From NCBI GenBank assembly GCA_963770565.1, contig CAVYQE010000001.1, forward strand, positions 1,248,001 through 1,312,000: 64,000 nucleotides of DNA, given 5' to 3'. The notes beneath the pieces are model-generated. The model worked only from the letters and a program-made list of their open reading frames with translations. It did not search any database and was not told the DNA's origin. The number at the start of each line of letters is the position of its first letter. Position 1 is the stretch's first letter. The stretch comes from an uncultured Actinomycetota bacterium. GTDB taxonomy: Bacteria; Actinomycetota; Actinomycetes; JAFAQI01. A program made the position numbers and the translations under genes. This document shows, one piece after another, positions 10,017 to 17,685 of this stretch.

Positions 10017-10769
10017 TTACGCCGCCGCTACTCGGCCTCCATCGACGGCGAGGGTGACGCCGCGGACGAAGCTGGCATCGTCACTGGCGAGGAAGACGAT
10101 CGCCGAAGCGAGTTCCTCAGGTTCAGCTACGCGGCCCGCTGGTGCGAGAAGTGCGAGTGAGGTCACCGTCTCCGCGGGGACTGCCTCCATCATCCGGGTG
10201 CGTGTCGGGCCGGGCGCAACGGCGTTGACTCGGACACCACGCGGGCCGTACTCGGCGGCCCAGGCCTTCGTCAACAGTTCGAGGGCGGCTCGGCTCGCGC
10301 CGTACAGCGCCATACCCGCCTGCCCGAAGCTGGCGACCATCGTGCTGATGTTGACGATCGAACCCCATCCGCGTTCGGCCATGGCCGGCGCCAGTGACGC
10401 GACGAGGAACAACGGAACCTTGACGTTGAGTGCAAAGGTCTCGTCGAACTCTGCTTCGGTCGCTGCCTCGCTTGGTCCGAGAAAGGCGACGCCAGCGTTG
10501 TTGATGAGGATGTCGACGTGGCCATCGCCGGCCTCCTTGGCCCATTCGACCAACTCCTGGGCCGATGCCAGGTCGGCCAACGTGGTGAGGTTGAACGACG
10601 CGCTGCCTCCGCCGTCTTCGATCTCGGCGACCACGTCTTTGGCTCGCTGTCCGTTGCGTCCGACTACCAGTACGTGAGCGCCGCGGGCAGCGAGGCCGAT
10701 GGCCGTAGCCTGGCCGATCCCGCTCGTCGAGCCCGTTACCAGAGCTGTCCTGCCCTTTAGGTCAGTCAT
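10017..10769 (-). CDS. Short-chain dehydrogenase/reductase
   Basis: TGSTSGIG, NNAG, YGASR, VNAVAPG. Confidence 0.85.
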   Translation of the reverse strand: MTDLKGRTALVTGSTSGIGQATAIGLAARGAHVLVVGRNGQRAKDVVAEIEDGGGSASFNLTTLADLASAQELVEWAKEAGDGHVDILINNAGVAFLGPSEAATEAEFDETFALNVKVPLFLVASLAPAMAERGWGSIVNISTMVASFGQAGMALYGASRAALELLTKAWAAEYGPRGVRVNAVAPGPTRTRMMEAVPAETVTSLALLAPAGRVAEPEELASAIVFLASDDASFVRGVTLAVDGGRVAAA

Positions 10770-10788
10770 GCGATGTGTCGCCCTCCAA

Positions 10789-10842
10789 AGTGGGTTCTAT
10801 AACTCACTCTGGCAGGCGCGTTCTGGGTTGTCAAACTCAGAA
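10789..10842. promoter_or_regulatory. Two palindromic TetR-type operators between divergent SDR and TetR
   Basis: AGTGGGTT-ctat-AACTCACT and TTCTGGGTT-gtca-AACTCAGAA; TAACCT 6 nt before TetR ATG. Confidence 0.65.
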
Positions 10843-10860
10843 TCCTGCTAACCTGGGTGC

Positions 10861-11568
10861 ATGGTCAACGAGACAACTGACCGGCCGAAGCTCACCCCCA
10901 AGGGAGCACGCACCCGGGCACGAATCGTGGAGGAGGCCGCCGCCCTAATTCATGAGCGCGGAGTCGCGGCGACCACCTTGGAAGACGTCAAGGTGGCAGC
11001 GGAAGTCAGCGGCTCACAGATGTACCACTACTTCCCCGACAAGGACGAGCTCGTGCAGGCGGTCATCGACTACCAGGCCGACACCATCGTCAGTCGCCAG
11101 CGGCACGCGCTCGGTAGCGCGAACGGTATCGAAGCCTGGCGGAACATGGTGATCACTTCGGCGAGGCGAACCAAGGGAAAGGGGGGCTGCCAACTTGGTT
11201 CGCTCGGTGGTCAACTCGCCGAGAGCGATCCCGAGGCCCGTGACCTCATCGCGGCCGGGTTCGATCAGTGGGCGGCCGCCATCAGCGATGGGCTGCGGTC
11301 CCTCCATGCCGACGGGAAACTCCCGCCGGGCATTGACCCGGACGACCTCGCCACCACTCTGCTCGCCACACTCCAAGGCGGACTTGTCCTCTCCCAAGTG
11401 CAACGGAGTTCCCGCCCGTTCGAAACTGCGGTCGATACCCTCCTCGCCCTTGCCATCGGCAGAGATCACACGGTGCCCCCGGCAGGAATCGAACCTGCGC
11501 CACCGCCTCCGGAGAGCCTTCAGGGCGCGTTGGAAGGCGTTGGACAGAGCCGAAAAACCGCTGTTTGA
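10861..11568 (+). CDS. TetR/AcrR family regulator; C-terminus reads through att repeat
   Basis: TRARIVEEAAALIHERGVAATTLEDV...YHYFPDKDEL. Confidence 0.85.
   Translation: MVNETTDRPKLTPKGARTRARIVEEAAALIHERGVAATTLEDVKVAAEVSGSQMYHYFPDKDELVQAVIDYQADTIVSRQRHALGSANGIEAWRNMVITSARRTKGKGGCQLGSLGGQLAESDPEARDLIAAGFDQWAAAISDGLRSLHADGKLPPGIDPDDLATTLLATLQGGLVLSQVQRSSRPFETAVDTLLALAIGRDHTVPPAGIEPAPPPPESLQGALEGVGQSRKTAV
11473..11514 (-). repeat. att-like duplication of tRNA-Arg 3' half
   Basis: 42 bp matching 17465-17506 with one mismatch. Confidence 0.9.
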
Positions 11569-11665
11569 CGCTCGGTCTGGCGTTGGTTGGGTTGGCCCGG
11601 GACGGCCAGATTCGGTTGTGCTGTGTACCAGATGTGTACCGGCTCAGGTCTGCGTTTGGGTGGGT

Positions 11666-11776
11666 TCAAGGGTTGGCAACCGTGAGTTTGGCCGCATTGA
11701 AAGCGACGTTTCGGTCGCGGACGGCGGTGTCGTGCTGTCGGCAGATCGCCGCGATTTCGGTGTCCAATGCGCTCAT
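11666..11776 (-). pseudogene. Second PIN/VapC remnant
   Basis: Translates MSALDTEIAAICRQHDTAVRDRNVAFNAAKLTVANP*, homologous to the 7968-8220 remnant. Confidence 0.7.
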
Positions 11777-11791
11777 GCTCGGCCGCGGCTT

Positions 11792-12328
11792 CTAGGGCCG
11801 GCGACCGCTGTACGCCAGCATTCTGTCCTGGATGTTGGCGTCGGCGGCGATCTCTACCGCCGGCCCCATCATCGCCTGGCCGAGCGGGTTGTGACCCCGC
11901 AGAAGTTCTGGTGGCACGTGGTGCAGGCCGGCCATCGTTGCCTCGACCGCGGCCGGCGGGAGCGTTTCGTCGGCGCCGATCGATCGCGCCAGGTCCCAGG
12001 TATGAATCAGCAGATCGCCAATCAGGAACCCGGCGAGTTCTTGCTTGGGGATTCCCGCGAACTCCTCCGCCGTCCCTGCGAGATTTGACGGGTCCGCCAG
12101 ATGGACTGCAAAGGCCTCGCGGATCGTCTTCCAGTCGTTACCCGGGGCGGTGGCGGCCCCGAGCATGGCGCCACCGGTCGCCTGCCATTGCAGGGTGTGC
12201 TCGACGAGTGCCTTCACGCTCCAGTCCTGGCATGGCGTCTGGGTGTCCCAGTCCGCGTCGCCGACGAGGGCGGACACCTCGGTCCATTTGTCTGCGACCG
12301 GGCGCCAGACGTCGATTGGTCCGCTCAT
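11792..12328 (-). CDS. TIGR03086-like / MDMPI (DinB superfamily) metal-binding protein
   Basis: WDTQTPCQDWSVKALVEH, LIHTWDLARS, LAYSGR. Confidence 0.85.
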   Translation of the reverse strand: MSGPIDVWRPVADKWTEVSALVGDADWDTQTPCQDWSVKALVEHTLQWQATGGAMLGAATAPGNDWKTIREAFAVHLADPSNLAGTAEEFAGIPKQELAGFLIGDLLIHTWDLARSIGADETLPPAAVEATMAGLHHVPPELLRGHNPLGQAMMGPAVEIAADANIQDRMLAYSGRRP

Positions 12329-12474
12329 GGCGATTCTCCCTTGTCGTCGTTGTGACGCAGCGGATCTACTATCGCTGTTCGGTCGATTCATGGCAGGCCA
12401 ACACAAGGATTGGGCTCGCTGCCCGTTGGCCCTCGTCACCGGCAACAGCCGTACCGCGCGGATAGGGTGCGGCC

Positions 12475-15387
12475 ATGGGGGCCGAGCCACCAGCAGGGAC
12501 GGTGACGTTCCTGATCACGGCTGTCGACAATGCGAGTCGCCGGTGGGGGGAAACGCCCGAGGTAACCGCCGCAGCGACCGAGTGGCATGCCGCCACCGTC
12601 CGAGATGCGATCGATCGACACGGCGGGTACGTGTTCATAAGCGATGATGATGGCGTTGCCGCGACATTCGAGACTGCGGTCGATGCCGCTGAGGCCGCGG
12701 TGGAGCTGCAGGGCCGCATGGTCGCAGAGCGCGACCGGTTCGGGTTCGAGTTGCAGGTCGGCCTGCATACCTGCGAGGCGCGTGACGGCGGGCCCGACTA
12801 CCTCGGTCCGGAAGTTGACCGCGCGGCCCGATTGACGTCGATCGCCCATGGTGGGCAGGTCGTCGTGTCGGAGACGACCGAGCTCCTGCTGCGCGACCGG
12901 ATGACGTTGCGCACGCTCGGCGAGCACCGGCTGCGCGACCTTGACCGCCGCATGACGGTGCACCAGCTGATGGCGGCCGGCTTGCCGTCGGAGTTCCCGG
13001 CGTTGCGAAGCGTGGACCCGCGCATCGGAAACCTGCCGGAGCAACTGACGTCCTTCGTCGGGCGCGACCATTTGGTCGTCGACGTTGCCGATCTCGTGCG
13101 CTCGAACCGGCTGGTGACGCTCGGCGGGGCCGGCGGTGTCGGCAAGACGCGTCTTGCGCTCGAGGTGGCAGCGGGTCTCGCCGCCGAGTTTCCCGACGGC
13201 GTGTGGGTCGTCGAACTGGCCACGGTGGGCGACGCCTCATCGGTGACCGCCATTATCGCGACCACGTTGGGAATCCTTCCGCGCGGCGATGAGGACCTTG
13301 TCGGCACCGTCGCTGACGTGCTGTCGAATCGGCGCGCGCTGGTGGTGATCGACAACTGCGAGCACGTGCTCCCGGCGGTGGCCGCGGCAATCGGCGTGAT
13401 CCTCGCCAGGTCGGGAAGCGTCCGGATCCTCGCGACCTCGCGCGAGTACCTATGGATCCCGGACGAGACGCTGGTCGAGGTGCCACCGCTCGGGCTGGAC
13501 GGTGGTGTCGCCTCAGACGCGGTGCAGTTGTTCGTCGAGCGGGCCCGAGCGGTTCGGTCAATGTTCGGGTTGCATGACCCGCAGACCGCGGCGGCTGTCA
13601 CCGAGATATGCGAAACGCTCGACGGACTGCCGCTCGGGATCGAACTCGCGGCGGCGCGGATGGCCGCGATGAGCCCGATCGAGGTGCGGGACCGGCTCGG
13701 TGCTCGTTTTCGCTTGTTGAAAGGACAGCGATCACAGCCTGAACGCCAGCAGACTTTGTTTCGTGCGGTGGGGTGGTCCTACGACCTACTCGACGTCGAC
13801 GAGCAGCGGCTGCTGCGCAACTCGTCGGTGTTCTCTGGCGGGTTCGACCTGGTGAGCATCGCGGCCGTCGTCGGCGCCGACGACGTGGACGCGTTGGGAC
13901 AGCTCGACTCGCTGGTCGGCCAGTCGATGATCGTCGCCGATCACAGCGCCCGCCACACCCGCTACCGGCTGTACGAGACGATCCGGCAGTTCGCCGAGGA
14001 TCGGTTGACAGAATCCGCAGGACTTGAGGTCATGCGCGATCGGCACGCGGCGTACTTCGCCACCACGGCCGCGGCGCGCTGGGAGGGGTGGAACGGGCCG
14101 GGCTGGCGAGACGCGGTCGACTGGGTTGACGCCGAGTTCGGCAACCTGCGGACGGCGTTCCAATGGAGCAAACAGCGGGGCGACATGACGGTCGCCACGG
14201 ACATCGCCGCGCATGCCGCGCTGATGGGGTTTTCGATCGAGCTCTTCGAGACGGTGGCGTGGGCGGAAGAGCTGCTGCAGCCTGCGGATGGCGCAGCTGT
14301 TCCCCGACTTCCTCGGCTGTACACCGCCGCCGGCTACGCCTGTTTCGTCGGGCGAGCCGAGGCGGCGACCGTCAATGCCCATCGTGCCGTGGAGCTGGAG
14401 TCGATGCCCGGCTACGAACCCTGCGAGCCCGGGTACGCGACGTTCATCGAGGCGTTGGGTCAGGTGTACTGCGGCCATCTGGACCGGTACATCGAACTGA
14501 CCGAATCGGTCGCGACCCGGTTCGGCGGTGCCCGCGCCTACGGGTTGGCGTCGTACGTCGATGGCCTGCAGGCGAGCGGTCGGGTGGCCGAGGCGCTCGA
14601 GCTGGTCGACGCGTCGGTCGTCGCCGCGCGGGACCTCGGGAACCCGTACTGGATCGCCTACGCGCTCTGGATCGCCGGGCTGGCCCTGTCGAAGGCAGAG
14701 CCGAAGCGCGCGCTGGCGACCTGGGACGAGGCGGTCGACCACGTCCGCAAGCACCAGGTCCACTTCTTCGACGCGTTCCTCGCTCGTGATGCGGGTCGAA
14801 TGCACGCGTCGGATGGTGAGGCAGACCGTGCCCTTGCGCTGTTCGACACAGCCGTCAGGTCGGCGCACCAGGCCGGCAATGTCGCGCAGCTCATCATCAC
14901 CCTGGCCAGCGTGCCGGCCCTGCTCGAGCGGCTCGACCGCTACGAACCGGCGATGACATTGTTCGGCGCCCTCTCGCGTGAGCCCGCCAGCTTCCACCAC
15001 GTGCCCGAGCTCACCGAGCTCGGCGAACGGCTGGCGCGGCGGCTTGGCGCCGATCCGGCAACGAAGCTCAGGTCGGCGGGGGCCGCGCTCGACCTCAACG
15101 ACGCCGCTGCCTGGACGCTGGACGAGCTGGCCGCTGCCAGCCTCGAGCTTCGCCGGCAGGCCGGTGATGCTCGTCCCGCCGGCCTCAGCCGTCGCGAGAT
15201 CGAGGTGCTCAAGCTCGTCGCCGCCGGCCGCACCACCAGCGATATCGCCACGCAACTGTTCATCTCGGCGAAGACCGCGGACCACCACATCCAGCACATC
15301 TACACGAAGATCGGCGCGTCCAACCGCGCTGCCGCCACCCGCTGGGCGTTGGAGCACGAGATCGTCGCGAACGACATACGACGCTGA
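12475..15387 (+). CDS. Cyclase-like + STAND ATPase + TPR-like + LuxR HTH regulator
   Basis: Class III cyclase-like N-term, GAGGVGKT, VIDNCEH, LDGLPLGIELAAAR, C-terminal LuxR HTH; TAGGGT 6 nt before ATG. Confidence 0.9.
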   Translation: MGAEPPAGTVTFLITAVDNASRRWGETPEVTAAATEWHAATVRDAIDRHGGYVFISDDDGVAATFETAVDAAEAAVELQGRMVAERDRFGFELQVGLHTCEARDGGPDYLGPEVDRAARLTSIAHGGQVVVSETTELLLRDRMTLRTLGEHRLRDLDRRMTVHQLMAAGLPSEFPALRSVDPRIGNLPEQLTSFVGRDHLVVDVADLVRSNRLVTLGGAGGVGKTRLALEVAAGLAAEFPDGVWVVELATVGDASSVTAIIATTLGILPRGDEDLVGTVADVLSNRRALVVIDNCEHVLPAVAAAIGVILARSGSVRILATSREYLWIPDETLVEVPPLGLDGGVASDAVQLFVERARAVRSMFGLHDPQTAAAVTEICETLDGLPLGIELAAARMAAMSPIEVRDRLGARFRLLKGQRSQPERQQTLFRAVGWSYDLLDVDEQRLLRNSSVFSGGFDLVSIAAVVGADDVDALGQLDSLVGQSMIVADHSARHTRYRLYETIRQFAEDRLTESAGLEVMRDRHAAYFATTAAARWEGWNGPGWRDAVDWVDAEFGNLRTAFQWSKQRGDMTVATDIAAHAALMGFSIELFETVAWAEELLQPADGAAVPRLPRLYTAAGYACFVGRAEAATVNAHRAVELESMPGYEPCEPGYATFIEALGQVYCGHLDRYIELTESVATRFGGARAYGLASYVDGLQASGRVAEALELVDASVVAARDLGNPYWIAYALWIAGLALSKAEPKRALATWDEAVDHVRKHQVHFFDAFLARDAGRMHASDGEADRALALFDTAVRSAHQAGNVAQLIITLASVPALLERLDRYEPAMTLFGALSREPASFHHVPELTELGERLARRLGADPATKLRSAGAALDLNDAAAWTLDELAAASLELRRQAGDARPAGLSRREIEVLKLVAAGRTTSDIATQLFISAKTADHHIQHIYTKIGASNRAAATRWALEHEIVANDIRR

Positions 15388-15518
15388 ACTGCAGGGCGGA
15401 AATGGGGAGTTCTCCCGATGTAATCGCCTCGCGACAAACGCAGAATTCGTGGCGCGCCCGCTGACCGGCCGGCGATCCACGGCGAAGCACCTTCGCCCCG
15501 CACGAAGGAGTAGAAGTC

Positions 15519-15791
15519 ATGATCCTGGCAACCACGCAGGTCGAGGACATCGATCGCTTCCTGGACGTGTTCTCCACGAAGGGCGCCGAGAAGCGCGCCC
15601 AGCACGGGTCCAAGGGCTCGACCGTCTTCCGCGACCCGAGCGCTGAAGACCGGGTCTGGGTCCTATTCGACTGGGACGCGGACGGCTGGGCCGCCTTCGT
15701 GTCCGACCCCGACGTCCCGCCGATCCTCAAGGCCGCCGGCCACGTCGGCAAGCCGCAGGCCGCAGCGCTCGCGGGCACGTACTACGCCTGA
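15519..15791 (+). CDS. Small dimeric alpha+beta barrel-like hypothetical protein
   Basis: AAGGAG RBS; VEDIDRF...FRDP...VLFDW pattern. Confidence 0.7.
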   Translation: MILATTQVEDIDRFLDVFSTKGAEKRAQHGSKGSTVFRDPSAEDRVWVLFDWDADGWAAFVSDPDVPPILKAAGHVGKPQAAALAGTYYA

Positions 15792-15899
15792 TCACCCCAT
15801 GCCGGGCGGCCGGTGTCGGCCGCTCGGACCCGAATCGAACACGCACGCGGGGGCGGGCGCGAGCGCGCCCGTTCCCCGCCTGACCGAAAGTGACGAGGC

Positions 15900-17018
15900 A
15901 TGACAACTACAACCGGCCGACCCGCGCGGGTCGGCATCATCACTGACCAGACCGGGGCGCTGTCCTTCATGGGCATCGCCAACGTCAACACGGCCACGAT
16001 GGTGGTCGACGACATCAACCATCGGGGAGGCCTGCTGGGTCACCCGATCGAGCTGTTCATCGAGGACAGCGCGACCGAGGACGACGTTGCTGCCGCGGCC
16101 GCAGCCAAGCTCGTGAACGAATCGCACGTCGACGTCGTACTTGGCGGGATCTACAGCTCGACCCGCCAAGCGATCAAAGGTCCCGTCGTCGAGCAAAGCA
16201 AGACGCTCTACATCTACCCGGAGCAGTACGAGGGCCAGGAGTGCGACCCGCTGATCTTCTGCACCGGACCGGTGCCGGCGCAACAGATCGAGCCGCTCTT
16301 CCCGTGGCTGATGCAGCGCACCGGCGCAAAGCGCTTCTACCTGCCGTCCGCCGACTACATCTGGCCGCACGTTCTGAACAAGAAGGTGTGGGAGGTCGTG
16401 ACGGCCGCAGGGGGCAACGTGGTGGGCGAGCAGTACTTCCCGCTCGACCACATGGACTACGACCAGCTCGTCGACGACATTATGGCGAGTGACGCCGAGG
16501 TCGTGTTCAACACGATCGTTCCGCCGGGGCTGACGCCGTTCCTGGCACGGCTGCACGAAGCAGGCTTCGCGAAGCGCGGGGGGAACGTTGTGTGCACCTA
16601 CTTCGACGAGAACTTCCTGAACCTCGTCCCCGCCGAGCAGGTCGAGGGGTTGTACGGCTGTCTCGACTACTACCGCGACGTGACCGACCCGTTCAGCGAT
16701 GCGCTGCTTGCGAGGTACGACGAGCGGTTCCCGGGCAGTGCGATGTTCACCGCTGGAAGTGCGTGCTCGGGAATGTATCGGGGACTGAAGCTCTGGGAAG
16801 CGGCCGTCAATGAAGCGGGGTCCCTGCGACAGGATGACGTCGTCGCGGCGCTCGACCACGCCACGATCGCCGAAGGTCCTGGCGGTCCGGCGGAGATGGT
16901 GCCGGGCCAGCATCACCTTCGACTGAACATGTACATCGCTCAGGCACAGAACGGCGCCTTCAAGGTGGTCAAGAATCTCGGTCCGATTGAGCCCAAGGAA
17001 TGTGAGGTCTCGCGCTGA
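15900..17018 (+). CDS. AmiC/UrtA-like substrate-binding protein lacking signal peptide
   Basis: GGLLGHPIEL, GGIYSSTR, YIYPEQYEG, ADYIWP motifs. Confidence 0.8.
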   Translation: MTTTTGRPARVGIITDQTGALSFMGIANVNTATMVVDDINHRGGLLGHPIELFIEDSATEDDVAAAAAAKLVNESHVDVVLGGIYSSTRQAIKGPVVEQSKTLYIYPEQYEGQECDPLIFCTGPVPAQQIEPLFPWLMQRTGAKRFYLPSADYIWPHVLNKKVWEVVTAAGGNVVGEQYFPLDHMDYDQLVDDIMASDAEVVFNTIVPPGLTPFLARLHEAGFAKRGGNVVCTYFDENFLNLVPAEQVEGLYGCLDYYRDVTDPFSDALLARYDERFPGSAMFTAGSACSGMYRGLKLWEAAVNEAGSLRQDDVVAALDHATIAEGPGGPAEMVPGQHHLRLNMYIAQAQNGAFKVVKNLGPIEPKECEVSR

Positions 17019-17326
17019 CGGACACGTCGGCAGCGGCGAGAGGCGACGCGCGGTCTGCGGACGTCACCTCTCGCCGCACCGTGCGAGGCGAGAATGCGCG
17101 GTCGATAAAGGTGACGACGGCTGCGACGGCTAAGCACTCTTGAGCACCCGCCCCGGCTGGGCGGTAGCTCAACCTCACAGTTGCTGAAATCGTGCTGGTC
17201 GCAGAGCAAGGCCATGTTCGCTATCTTGCCGGTTTTCGTTGCGGCGCAAGGATCTCGTGACACCGGAGTGAGGAACCGCGCCGTACTGAGGCGCCGACGA
17301 GGCGTCTCTTACCGGGTCCGGTATAC

Positions 17327-17402
17327 GTCTGTACGCACACACGTCTGTACGCAAGTCTGTACGCAGTCTGTACGCAAGATCATGTGTACCCATGGTGTAC
17401 CC
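17327..17402 (+). repeat. Tandem GTCTGTACGCA x4 plus GTGTACCC x2 (arm-type-site-like)
   Basis: Copies at 17327, 17343, 17355, 17366; 17384, 17395. Confidence 0.8.
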
Positions 17403-17465
17403 GGAGGGCGGTTCGATGATCTTGGCGCAGGCCGAAAACCGCCTCCGACCTGCGGTTTCGTTGTG

Positions 17466-17537
17466 TGCCCCCGGCAGGATTCGAACCTGCGCCACCGCCT
17501 CCGGAGGGCGGTGCTCTATCCCCTGAGCTACGGGGGC
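17466..17537 (-). tRNA. tRNA-Arg(CCG), CCA not encoded
   Basis: GCCCCCGTAGCTCAGGGGATAGAGCACCGCCCTCCGGAGGCGGTGGCGCAGGTTCGAATCCTGCCGGGGGCA cloverleaf. Confidence 0.95.
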
Positions 17538-17605
17538 CAGGGACCCGCCGAGGTTAGCAGCGGTACGCCGCCGCCTGCGGCAAGGGACGGCCCCGACGGA
17601 TCGAG

Positions 17606-17667
17606 ATCCGGAGTAGACGTTCCGGTTCGTAATAGGCTTCGCAGGAAGCGGAGCCAACACTCCGGTT
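17606..17667. promoter_or_regulatory. Two CGGAG-N-TCCGGTT TetR-type operators flanking a TAGGCT -10
   Basis: ATCCGGAGtagacgTTCCGGTT and AAGCGGAGccaacaCTCCGGTT upstream of MFS-TetR. Confidence 0.55.
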
Positions 17668-17685
17668 AGCGGTCAGGGGAACCAG

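Larger units (their letters stand above)
11473..17506. mobile_element. tRNA-Arg(CCG)-integrated genomic island remnant, no integrase inside
   Basis: Bounded by 42-bp direct repeats; GTGTACC pairs with 11-bp period inside both ends. Confidence 0.75.

Noticed and set aside
11473-11514. Second tRNA gene
   Set aside because: Only the 3' half is present; D-arm and 5' acceptor strand are missing
13786-15480. Long antisense ORFs (also 26604-28400, 24472-26118, 56803-57840 extension)
   Set aside because: Shadow ORFs expected from high-GC codon bias opposite real genes; no recognisable motifs
15798-15880. ANTAR twin-hairpin before the AmiC-like gene
   Set aside because: Two GC-rich hairpins exist but loops do not fit the ANTAR hexaloop pattern and no ANTAR protein is in the window
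17327-17402. CRISPR array
   Set aside because: Repeats are 11 bp and nearly abutting, with no unique spacers and no cas genes
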